NCBI GenBank assembly: GCA_965203325.1
Contig: OZ241875.1
Span: 4,096,001-4,160,000 of the forward strand
Source of the DNA: a bacterium
GTDB taxonomy: Bacteria > UBA8248
Reading direction: 5' to 3'
DNA: 64,000 nucleotides
Below are positions 33,716-42,120 of the stretch, piece after piece; the stretch's first letter is position 1, and every line of letters begins with the position of its first letter. A program made the position numbers and the translations under genes. The notes under the pieces are model-generated. The model saw nothing but the letters and a program-made list of their open reading frames with translations, was not told where the DNA came from and ran no database searches.

Positions 33716-34699
33716 TTGAACCGGAACGTCGTTTTTTTCGTACCGGAGCCGCGTGCGCCCATCGAGTCGCTGCGAAACATGCTGGAGCCGCATGGCGAGT
33801 TTCGCGACGGCGGCCACCGGAAGTGGTCCGAAGACGAGTTGGTGCGCGATGCCCATGAATGGGACGCCCTGCTGGTGACTTCGAGAGAGCAAATCACCGA
33901 ACGGGTCATTAAAGCTGGTAAGCGTCTGAAACTCATCGCCAAAATAGGCGTAGGAGTGGAGAACATTGATATCCCTGCCGCTACGAGGCGAAAAATTCCG
34001 GTCACGAACTGCCCGGGCGCCAACGCCGTCGCCGTGGCGGAAGCATCCCTGGGCTTGATGCTGGCCGCGAGCCGCCGTATTCCTCAGGGAATGGAGAAGC
34101 TGCGGGGTGGGGGTTGGCGGGAGGGCATCTGGATCGCGAACGAGATGAGCCGAGCGACGTTCGGCATCGTCGGCTTCGGGAACATCGGGCGTGAACTGGC
34201 CCGTCTTCTGTCCGGTTTTGAGGGCCGCGTCCTGGCGTATGACGCGTTCGTGCGCGATGAGGCGGTACGCGAGGCGGGCGTGGAGCCGGTGGATTTGGAT
34301 ACGCTGACGAGCGAGTCTGACTTCATATCGATTCATTGCAGTTTGACGCCCGAGACGCGGTATATGTTCGATGCCCGAAGGTTTCGGATGATGAAAAAAT
34401 CCGCGGTGCTGGTGAACTGCGCGCGTGGCGCGATTATCAATGAGGCGGCGTTGGTTCACGCGCTCAGGGAAGGGGAAATCTCCTCGGCCGGCATCGATGT
34501 TTTCGAGGAGGAACCCCCGCACCCGGACAATCCGCTTTTCAGTCTTCCAAACGCCGTTGTGACGCCGCACTTCGCCGGCGCGAGCCACGAGGCGCGCGAG
34601 CGCGTGAACCGGTTGGCCGGCGAGAATGTGCTGGCTGTATTGAGGGGAGAGCAGGTGAATCCCGCGACCCTGCTGAACCCCGAGGTGTACGAAGACTGA
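33716..34699 (+). CDS. D-isomer-specific 2-hydroxyacid dehydrogenase (SerA-like catalytic core)
   Basis: GVGVENID, NAVAVAE, GFGNIG, NCARG, DVFEEEP, TPH; TTG start with GGAGG RBS. Confidence 0.9.
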   Translation: MNRNVVFFVPEPRAPIESLRNMLEPHGEFRDGGHRKWSEDELVRDAHEWDALLVTSREQITERVIKAGKRLKLIAKIGVGVENIDIPAATRRKIPVTNCPGANAVAVAEASLGLMLAASRRIPQGMEKLRGGGWREGIWIANEMSRATFGIVGFGNIGRELARLLSGFEGRVLAYDAFVRDEAVREAGVEPVDLDTLTSESDFISIHCSLTPETRYMFDARRFRMMKKSAVLVNCARGAIINEAALVHALREGEISSAGIDVFEEEPPHPDNPLFSLPNAVVTPHFAGASHEARERVNRLAGENVLAVLRGEQVNPATLLNPEVYED

Positions 34700-34827
34700 T
34701 TTTGACCGGGAATTGCGCGTGATTTATTTGCCTCGGAGGCTTGCGCCGATCCGTGCCGAATCACTATACTTGCGCGGTTGTTCGGAACTCCGGGTCCCAC
34801 AATCCCACAGTGCTGGAGGATGTTTTT

Positions 34828-35742
34828 TTGGAAGGTGCTACAGATAAAATTTGGATGGATGGAAAATTCGTCCCTTGGGATGAAGCCAAAATTCATGTCC
34901 TCACGCATTCGCTGCACTACGGATTGGGGGTATTCGAGGGAATTCGCTGCTATCAGACAGAGCGAGGCTCCGCCGTTTTTCGCCTGGAAGAGCACATGCG
35001 GAGGCTCTATGACTCCGCGCAGATTGTGGGTCTCGATGTGCCCGTCACACAGGATGACTTCACCGAGGCGGTGCTGGAGACGATTCGCACCAACGAGATG
35101 AAGGCTTGCTACATACGCCCGCTCATCTGGCTCGGCTATGGATCCATGGGGGTGAACCCCAAGGGGTCGCTCACCCATGCGATGGTGGCCGTGTGGAGCT
35201 GGGGGGCGTATTTGGGCGAGGAAGGCTTGGCGAAGGGCATTCGGGTCAAGGTCTCATCCTTCACGTCCCATCACCCGAACAGCTACATGACGAAGGCGAA
35301 AACCACGGGCAACTACGCCGTGAGCCAGATGGCGAAGCTGGAAGCCGTGGGCGCGGGTTACGATGAGGCGCTCATGCTGGACCCGGAGGGTCTGGTGACG
35401 CAGGGCTCGGGCGAGAACATCTTCATCGTCCGAGACGGGGTGATCAAAACGCCGCCTCTGCATGGCGTGTTGGGGGGCATTACGCGCGACACCATCGTTC
35501 AACTCGCCGATGAGCAGGGTGTTGAATTACAGGTTGCTCCCTTCGCGCGAGATGAAGTCTATGTGGCGGATGAGGCCTTCTTCACGGGTACGGCGGCCGA
35601 GGTGACTCCCATCCGGGAGGTGGACGACAGGACAATCGGTGCGGGAGAGCCCGGCCCGGTGACGCAGAGAATCCAATCTGCATTCTTCGAGATCGTGAAC
35701 GGGCGCGACGAGAGCAAGCTCGATTGGCTGACTTTTATCTAA
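34828..35742 (+). CDS. ilvE: Branched-chain amino acid aminotransferase
   Basis: HSLHYGLGVFEGIR, YIRP, AKTTGNY, GSGEN, GITR, TGTAAEV; TTG start 8 nt after GGAGG. Confidence 0.94.
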   Translation: MEGATDKIWMDGKFVPWDEAKIHVLTHSLHYGLGVFEGIRCYQTERGSAVFRLEEHMRRLYDSAQIVGLDVPVTQDDFTEAVLETIRTNEMKACYIRPLIWLGYGSMGVNPKGSLTHAMVAVWSWGAYLGEEGLAKGIRVKVSSFTSHHPNSYMTKAKTTGNYAVSQMAKLEAVGAGYDEALMLDPEGLVTQGSGENIFIVRDGVIKTPPLHGVLGGITRDTIVQLADEQGVELQVAPFARDEVYVADEAFFTGTAAEVTPIREVDDRTIGAGEPGPVTQRIQSAFFEIVNGRDESKLDWLTFI

Positions 35743-35761
35743 CGACGAGGAGAAACGAGAA

Positions 35762-36094
35762 GTGCCGATTTACGAGTATGAATGCAGTGCATGTGGAGAT
35801 GAGCACGAAGTCATCCAGAGGATGGGAGCCGGTGCTCTCCGGAAATGCCCGAGTTGCGGCGCGCTCAGACTCAGACGCAAAATCTCCCGCTCCGCCTTCC
35901 ACCTCAAAGGCGACGGCTGGTATGTGACGGATTACGCCTCGAACGGCAAAAAGCAAGAGACTGAGTCTCAAGGAACAGCTTCCGATTCGAAATCAGAGAA
36001 CAAATCCACCGAGAAGAAAGAGACGACGGCCACGAACGGCACGGCCTCGAAGCAGACCAGTAAGAAAAAATCCGAACCGGTAGCCGCAGGCTAG
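35762..36094 (+). CDS. FmdB-family zinc-ribbon protein
   Basis: MPIYEYECSACG..CPSCG..FHLKGDGWYVTDY followed by a Ser/Lys-rich tail. Confidence 0.9.
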   Translation: MPIYEYECSACGDEHEVIQRMGAGALRKCPSCGALRLRRKISRSAFHLKGDGWYVTDYASNGKKQETESQGTASDSKSENKSTEKKETTATNGTASKQTSKKKSEPVAAG

Positions 36095-36864
36095 TTTTTC
36101 GGTAAAAACGCGACCATCCTCACGATACAGCCATCACCGCCCGTCCAGCGCCAGGGAAATGCGGCCAGCGCGAATCGTTTGCCCACGACCTTCTCGATGT
36201 CACCCCCCACGTTCTCGAAGCCTACGATGCTGTTTCCCAATAACGCGCGGTGGCAGGGCTCCCAATCGGGGAAGGCCTCGCTCGTGGGGCGGTCGAAGCG
36301 TTCTTCGTATTCCTTGATAGTGAACGGGCAGATGGGCTGGGGCCCCCAGGCGATTTTCGTCCCCAGCGGATGGTCGAGCGCCTGCTGATCCACGCCCACG
36401 CCCTTCACGCCGCGTTCCACGAACCATTCGCCCGCCTCCTTGTAGAGACCGGGGGAGTAGATAAAGTATTTTGTGTTGTCGCCGTAGTAGCGGTGCCATC
36501 CGGTGTGGACGATGACGATGTCGCCCGGACGAATCTCCGGCCTCGCGTTTTCGAGGTCTTCGGGCGTAATGACTTCCCATTCCTCCTTTGGAATATCGAC
36601 GCAAACGGCGTTGCCGAAATAGCTTCGCAGCGGCACCTCGTCCATGAACGGCGTACCCTCGATGACGTGCGCGGGCGCGTCGGTGTGGGTCGTGCAGTGC
36701 ATGAACGTGGTGATTTGCTGGCTCAGCACCTGACTTTTGGCGTGATAGTGAAACCTTTCGATCTTGACATCGGGAAAGTAGGGCCAAAGCGGGGCGCCAT
36801 GCCCCCAGGGGTGGCTCAAGTCGAGAATCTCGTAATCATCCAGGCGGTCCGTGTCGATTATCAT
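36091..36864 (-). CDS. Cyclase-family (kynurenine formamidase-like) metal-dependent hydrolase
   Basis: DLSHP, HCTTHTDAPAH, GDIVIVHTGW, GVGVD, FENV. Confidence 0.88.
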   Translation of the reverse strand: MIIDTDRLDDYEILDLSHPWGHGAPLWPYFPDVKIERFHYHAKSQVLSQQITTFMHCTTHTDAPAHVIEGTPFMDEVPLRSYFGNAVCVDIPKEEWEVITPEDLENARPEIRPGDIVIVHTGWHRYYGDNTKYFIYSPGLYKEAGEWFVERGVKGVGVDQQALDHPLGTKIAWGPQPICPFTIKEYEERFDRPTSEAFPDWEPCHRALLGNSIVGFENVGGDIEKVVGKRFALAAFPWRWTGGDGCIVRMVAFLPKN

Positions 36865-36986
36865 GCTATATTCGTCCTTCCAGTAGGGGTGTGAGAAATT
36901 TTCAGGTTTTGAATTCGAGAAAATGTAGCAAAGATTCGAAAACGCCGCCATGAAGACGTGCTTTTCGTGACGATGAAAGGGAAATC

Positions 36987-37223
36987 GTGGAAACTCATGA
37001 GTGCCCCGCGTGCAGCTTGCGGTTCCGGCATGCGCGCCCCGATGCGTGCACCGCCTGCAGCCGGGTGCATTGCCGTAACTGCCTTAGGGTGTTCAGGGAC
37101 GAGATGGAAGAAGAGCCGGAGGGGCGCTTCATCGTTTTGTGCCCTGAGTGCGAGGATTCCATCTCCTGGCGAGTGGATGCGCAGGAGGTATCAGCGTCGA
37201 ACTGGGCGGAATATGGTGGATGA
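36987..37223 (+). CDS. Small Cys-rich putative zinc-binding protein
   Basis: Four CxxC pairs (CPAC, CTAC, CRNC, CPEC) in 78 aa; GTG start after AAGGG; fills an otherwise empty gap. Confidence 0.6.
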   Translation: METHECPACSLRFRHARPDACTACSRVHCRNCLRVFRDEMEEEPEGRFIVLCPECEDSISWRVDAQEVSASNWAEYGG

Positions 37224-37298
37224 GTATCGCACGCAGCGAAAATGCGGGGCGCATCTTGCCAGAGGGCATGAGGAGAGGCTAAGTTACATCTTCTTTCT

Positions 37299-37385
37299 GC
37301 CGGAGTGGCGGAATTGGTAGACGCAGTGGACTCAAAATCCACCGGGGGCAACCCCTTGCCGGTTCGAGTCCGGCCTCCGGCACCA
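37299..37385 (+). tRNA. tRNA-Leu(CAA)
   Basis: Acceptor stem GCCGGAG/CTCCGGC, anticodon arm GTGGA-CTCAAAA-TCCAC, long variable arm, GGTTCGAGTCC T-arm, encoded CCA. Confidence 0.97.
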
Positions 37386-37432
37386 ACTTGCGTTTCGTCC
37401 AAGAGGTTTTTCGATAGGACAAGAAAGTCCCC

Positions 37433-38539
37433 ATGCGCGTACCCCTTTATGACTTGAAAGCCCAAAACGGGCCGCTGAAAGCGCAGATTTTGGCGGCAGT
37501 GGACAACGTGATGACCCACCAGAGGTTCGTCATGGGTGAGGAGATCGGCGCTTTTGAATCCGAAATGGCGGCCTACTGCGGCGCAGGGCACACCATCGCC
37601 GTCTCCTCGGGCACGGATGCTCTGCTGTTGGCGCTGATGGCGAACGACGTTCGTCCCGGAGATGAGATAATCACTTCGTCGTTTACGTTTTTCGCCACCG
37701 CGGGCGTCATCCATCGTCTGGGCGCGAAACCGGTTTTCGTGGATATCGACCCCGAAACGTTCAATCTCGCTCCTGGGCGGCTTGAAGAGGCCGCCACGCA
37801 GAATACGAAAGGGGTCATGCCCGTTCATATGTACGGCCGCTGCGCTCAGATGGCGGAGATTCTCGAAATAGCCGAACGCCACCGGCTTTTCGTCGTGGAA
37901 GACGCCGCCCAAGCCGTCGGCGCGCGGGTCGGTCCGGGTATGGCCGGCGCCATGGGGGATGTGGGCTGTCTGTCGTTTTACCCGACCAAAAATCTGAGTG
38001 CGCTTGGCGATGCCGGTATGGTTTTGGCCAATGACGGCGCGCTGGCCGAGCGTATGCGCAAACTCAGGATTCACGGTTCGCCTGATAATTCCGAATATCG
38101 TGAGGTAGGCGGTAATTTCAGGATGGATACGATGCAGGCGGCGGTTTTGTCCATCAAACTACAGCGCCTGGAAGAGTGGAATGCAAAAAGACGGCAAAAC
38201 GCCATGAAATATCAAGAAAGGTTCGAGAGCAGCGGGATCATCGGGGAGCGGTTCGCACCACCCTTGATTCCGAATGAGGGCCATGTGTTTCACCAATATG
38301 TGGTTCGTACACCGGAGCGGGAAGCGCTGCAAGAACATTTGTTGCGAAACGGCGTTGGTTGCGCTGTATATTATCCCTCTCCTTTACATCTCCATCCCTG
38401 TTTTGACGGTTATAAAGAGGGGGATTTCCCGGAGAGCGAGGCCGCAGCAGCCCAGGTTCTGTCGCTTCCCGTCTACCCGGAATTGCCGGAAGAGGACCTC
38501 GATTTTGTGGCGGAGACCGTGATTCGATTTTTTGAATAA
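37433..38539 (+). CDS. DegT/DnrJ/EryC1/StrS-family sugar aminotransferase
   Basis: SSGTDAL, FTFFAT, PVHMYG, EDAAQ, SFYPTKNL..GDAG. Confidence 0.93.
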   Translation: MRVPLYDLKAQNGPLKAQILAAVDNVMTHQRFVMGEEIGAFESEMAAYCGAGHTIAVSSGTDALLLALMANDVRPGDEIITSSFTFFATAGVIHRLGAKPVFVDIDPETFNLAPGRLEEAATQNTKGVMPVHMYGRCAQMAEILEIAERHRLFVVEDAAQAVGARVGPGMAGAMGDVGCLSFYPTKNLSALGDAGMVLANDGALAERMRKLRIHGSPDNSEYREVGGNFRMDTMQAAVLSIKLQRLEEWNAKRRQNAMKYQERFESSGIIGERFAPPLIPNEGHVFHQYVVRTPEREALQEHLLRNGVGCAVYYPSPLHLHPCFDGYKEGDFPESEAAAAQVLSLPVYPELPEEDLDFVAETVIRFFE

Positions 38540-38571
38540 AGTTCTACGCTGTGTTCGTGCAGGCCGTTGAT

Positions 38572-38937
38572 TCAGTTTTTCCATGTCAGATAGAGCAGGG
38601 CCAGAAGAAGTCCCGCCACCCCGAACCAGAGGATCTTCCCTTCCGTTTTGAGGTAGTTCCGCCACTCCGCCCTGTCGTCCTCGGTGAATGGCTCCCTGCG
38701 CGTCCCGTCATCGTGCGGGCCGGTGATTTCCTGATATAAATCCTTTTCCCCCGGGGTGTCTGATTCTTGTTTCTGGCGGTTTTGCGCCGTCCAGTTCAAA
38801 AGGGCGAAATAGGCGAGAAAGACGGTTATCGCCAAAAGCCCCGTGATTCGGGCGGCCGTGTGATCTCCGAACATCCAACTCCCGATTCCCACGCCTAGAA
38901 TGACGAGAAGAAAAACCGGGGAACAACCGGTGAGCAT
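38572..38937 (-). CDS. Hypothetical membrane protein (about 3 hydrophobic segments)
   Basis: 121-aa ORF with protein-like hydrophobic pattern, co-oriented downstream of plsY. Confidence 0.6.
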   Translation of the reverse strand: MLTGCSPVFLLVILGVGIGSWMFGDHTAARITGLLAITVFLAYFALLNWTAQNRQKQESDTPGEKDLYQEITGPHDDGTRREPFTEDDRAEWRNYLKTEGKILWFGVAGLLLALLYLTWKN

Positions 38938-38995
38938 GTTTTCTCCAATTGCTTAAGAACAAGGATTCTCGGTTTTCCGAAATCTCAAAAAAGAC

Positions 38996-39601
38996 TCACC
39001 CCTTATTCTGCCCGATGCGATTTTCCTCCCCCCGCAACAATCGCTCGATGTTGTCCTGATGTTTCCAAACCACCAACAAGGAGATGAATACGGACGAGGC
39101 GCAAACCACTGTGGAGTAGTTCATCCAAAAGCCCGCGAGCGGCACGGCCGCCGCGGCGAACATGGAACCGAGGGACACGTACCGCGTTACGGCCACTACG
39201 AGAATGAAGACCAAAGCGGCAATGGCCGTAGGCCCCGGGGTCAGGAGGGCGAATACGCCCAGGCCGGTGGCCACCCCCTTGCCCCCGCGAAACCCCGTGA
39301 ACGGCGAATACATGTGCCCGAGGACCGCCGCAAGGGCGGCAATGGGCTCCAGGGAGGGGACGGAGACGCGCGAGGCCACATAACGGGCGAAAAGGACGGC
39401 GGCGACGCCTTTGAGCACATCGAGCAGGAGGGTGAAAACACCGCTTTTCCAACCACTCGTTCTCAAGACGTTTGTCGCGCCGATGTTGCCGCTTCCGGAT
39501 TTTCGCGGGTCCTCGGCGCCGAGCAATCGGGTGATCACCACCCCGAAGGGTATGGCTCCCAGGAATCCACCGACCAGAACGACGAGGGAAAAAGCGCCCA
39601 T
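38996..39601 (-). CDS. plsY: Glycerol-3-phosphate acyltransferase
   Basis: LGAIPFG, GSGNIGATNVLR, DVLKG, LGH..GGKGVAT, RYVSLGS, KHQDNIERL. Confidence 0.95.
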   Translation of the reverse strand: MGAFSLVVLVGGFLGAIPFGVVITRLLGAEDPRKSGSGNIGATNVLRTSGWKSGVFTLLLDVLKGVAAVLFARYVASRVSVPSLEPIAALAAVLGHMYSPFTGFRGGKGVATGLGVFALLTPGPTAIAALVFILVVAVTRYVSLGSMFAAAAVPLAGFWMNYSTVVCASSVFISLLVVWKHQDNIERLLRGEENRIGQNKG

Positions 39602-40215
39602 CAAGAGATGGCTCGAATGATTTGCCGGAAGTAATCAACCGCAGAAACCACCGCCGCTATCATGGCGGCCCAAATCAAAATGGTGCCCAGCGGCGGGAAA
39701 ATACCCAGGATGAGGAAAAAAATCGCCGTGACCTCCAGGCCCATCTTGATTTTGCCGAGAAAGCCCGCCGGCACCACCAGTCCCTGGCGCATGGCTACGG
39801 CGCGAAAAGCCGTCACCAGAAGCTCCCGACCCAGCAGGATGCCCACGACCCAGGCGTCCACTTTCCCCAGCGATACCAGGGGGATTAAAGCGGCGACGAT
39901 AAGCAGCTTGTCGGCCACGGGGTCGAGAATCTCCCCGAGAGGGGTGATCTGGTCGCGCGTTCTGGCCAAGTGGCCGTCGAGCCAGTCCGTAAAGGCCGCC
40001 ATGACGAAGAGGCCGGCCGCAAAGTATTGCGCGGGGGGCGAGCCTTCGAGCAAGAACATGACGAGCAATGGAACCATCAGGATGCGAGCGAGCGTCAGAC
40101 TGTTCGCGAGCGTGAATTTTTCCCCGGTTCCACTCGCGATGAGGCGCGAGGCGGCTTCTCGCCAGCTTTCGGGAGAAGCGTCAGATTTTTGTGGTTCTGC
40201 CTCGGACATCGTCAA
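39601..40215 (-). CDS. pgsA: CDP-diacylglycerol--glycerol-3-phosphate 3-phosphatidyltransferase
   Basis: ANSLTLARI, TDWLDGHLAR..G..LDPVADK, RELLV, GKIK. Confidence 0.92.
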   Translation of the reverse strand: MTMSEAEPQKSDASPESWREAASRLIASGTGEKFTLANSLTLARILMVPLLVMFLLEGSPPAQYFAAGLFVMAAFTDWLDGHLARTRDQITPLGEILDPVADKLLIVAALIPLVSLGKVDAWVVGILLGRELLVTAFRAVAMRQGLVVPAGFLGKIKMGLEVTAIFFLILGIFPPLGTILIWAAMIAAVVSAVDYFRQIIRAIS

Positions 40216-41201
40216 CTCAGAAAATCATGCAGTGTCTGGTGGCTGCCTTCCGCGCGAAAGCGATTGATCACTTTTTTCTCTATTTGCCTGATTCTTTCAC
40301 GCGATAGCCCGAGTTTGCTCCCGATTTCTTCGAGCGTCATCGCCTCTCCGTCGAAGCCGTAGCGCATACGGATGATGTCGCGCTCTCTGGGGTCGAGTTC
40401 TGCAAGCAAGTCCTCCACTTCCTCTTCCAGAGAGTGCTGCACCACGTTTTCCTCCACGGATGCGGCGCTTGGCTCTTCGAGTAAATCGAGATAGCTGGTG
40501 TCATCGTCGGGAGAGACGGTGGCATCGAGAGAAAGATATTTCCGATTCACGCGTATGAGTTTCTCGATGTCCGCCACTTTTATGTTCAACCGTTCGGACA
40601 ATTCGAATGTTGTCGGTTCACGCCTGAATTCCTGCCGGAGCTTCTCGTACATGATGGAGATTTTGTGCAGAAGACCGGCCTGCTTGACGGGCAGTCGGAC
40701 GGTGCTCCTCTGATTCGCGAGAGCGTGCATGATGCTTTGGCGAATCCACCATACGGCGTAGGTGATGAGTTTTACGCCGCGTTCCGGATCGAAGCGTTTG
40801 ATCGCATTGATCAACCCGATATTTCCCTCATTTATCAAATCCTCGAGTGAAAGCCCGAAACTCTTGTAGCGATTCGCCACGTTGACGACGTACCTTAGGT
40901 TCGAACGAACGAGTTTGTTGAATGCTTTTTCATCCCCTTCGCTCGCCGCGATGGCGAGCGTGTGCTCTTCATCGCGCGTGAGAATAGGGTGCGCGCCGAT
41001 ATTTCTCAGGTAGAGGGACAGTGTATCCACGGCGGGGGAGTCGGGCGCGCCTTCGTCCGAATCACTGGATGAATCGGAAAACGCGGGAGTATTCTCCGTT
41101 TCGTTTATCGTGTAGGAATCCGTTTCTTTCGTATCGGGGGCCTCATCGTGTCCGGCAGGCAAAGTTCTGTCCTCGGACTCGCCTTCGTTCGGCTCAGTCA
41201 T
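40212..41201 (-). CDS. Sigma70-family factor, RpoD/RpoS-like, lacking region 1.1
   Basis: YLRNIG..LTRDEE, SNLRYVV, DLINEGNIGL, TYAVWWIRQ, TLEEIG..LSRERIRQIE. Confidence 0.9.
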   Translation of the reverse strand: MTEPNEGESEDRTLPAGHDEAPDTKETDSYTINETENTPAFSDSSSDSDEGAPDSPAVDTLSLYLRNIGAHPILTRDEEHTLAIAASEGDEKAFNKLVRSNLRYVVNVANRYKSFGLSLEDLINEGNIGLINAIKRFDPERGVKLITYAVWWIRQSIMHALANQRSTVRLPVKQAGLLHKISIMYEKLRQEFRREPTTFELSERLNIKVADIEKLIRVNRKYLSLDATVSPDDDTSYLDLLEEPSAASVEENVVQHSLEEEVEDLLAELDPRERDIIRMRYGFDGEAMTLEEIGSKLGLSRERIRQIEKKVINRFRAEGSHQTLHDFLS

Positions 41202-41252
41202 CGAGAGTCACTCGAATGCAGCCGGGTTGTTTGGACACGATGAGTTGAATCG

Positions 41253-42026
41253 TCATTTTTCACTCGTGAGCGCGAGAAGCCTGCTATATGCGGGGGAAGC
41301 GTACTGGTCATCGGGATATGACTCCAGGAGTGAGCCATAGGCTTCTCCTGCTTTCTTAAAGCTTTCCTCTATTCTGTAGCTTTCCCCCAGCTTGTACATG
41401 GCTTCAGCGCGTACGTGGGGGACATCTTCAAAATCCCGGATAATTTCCCTGTAGCGCGGAATCGCGGAGACTCGTAGATTCGTCCTGAAGTAAAAATTCG
41501 CGATAAACAGAGCGTTTTGGGCGAGATGTTGTCTTAACTCCAATATCTTCTGCTTTGCATCGGTCGTGTATTCCGAGCCGGGGAAGCGGCGCACGAGAGT
41601 CTGAAAGTTTTCGAGCGCATCTCTGGCGACGGATGCGTCCTGGTCAATGGCGAGATTCCTTTGATAATCGCTCATCGCGAGGAAATAGTATGCTTTCGGC
41701 GTTCCGGCGCTTACTGGATAGAGACGCACGTATTCAGCGTATTGCAGCTTCGATTCGATGTATTCTTCCGCGTGGTAGTATGAATCTCCCAATCGCAACA
41801 GCGCGCTTCGGCGGTGTTTGCTGTCGGGGTATTCCTCCAGCAAGCGCTTGAACGCAAGGCGCGCCGCCTCGAAACGCTCGGCCCGTAAATCCTCTTCGCC
41901 GATGACGAGCAATTCTCCGGGCGATGCCTGTTGCTTGGGACGGGAGACGCATCCACTCAGGATGAGAAGTACGCAAACCAGGGAGAAAACAACTGTCATG
42001 AGGTCGTGTGTAGCGCGATTGAACAT
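41253..42026 (-). CDS. bamD: Outer-membrane protein assembly lipoprotein BamD
   Basis: Lipobox LSGC; TPR-like repeats (YPDS, RLYP, DQD, RRFPGSEY, IANFY). Confidence 0.85.
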   Translation of the reverse strand: MFNRATHDLMTVVFSLVCVLLILSGCVSRPKQQASPGELLVIGEEDLRAERFEAARLAFKRLLEEYPDSKHRRSALLRLGDSYYHAEEYIESKLQYAEYVRLYPVSAGTPKAYYFLAMSDYQRNLAIDQDASVARDALENFQTLVRRFPGSEYTTDAKQKILELRQHLAQNALFIANFYFRTNLRVSAIPRYREIIRDFEDVPHVRAEAMYKLGESYRIEESFKKAGEAYGSLLESYPDDQYASPAYSRLLALTSEK

Positions 42027-42077
42027 CGTATTCTCTATTGAAAAGAAATAGCGCCCGGCAATTCTGGTTCACTTCGA

Positions 42078-42107
42078 ATCTTAGGAGAGCATCGAAGCAG
42101 GTGTCAA
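42078..42107 (-). promoter_or_regulatory. Putative sigma70 promoter of bamD
   Basis: TTGACA-N18-TAAGAT on the - strand. Confidence 0.5.
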
Positions 42108-42120
42108 GAAACCTTTGATT

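Noticed and set aside
37299..37385. tRNA-Leu as an island integration site
   Set aside because: I saw no duplicated tRNA 3' end or integrase in the window, and flanking genes look chromosomal.
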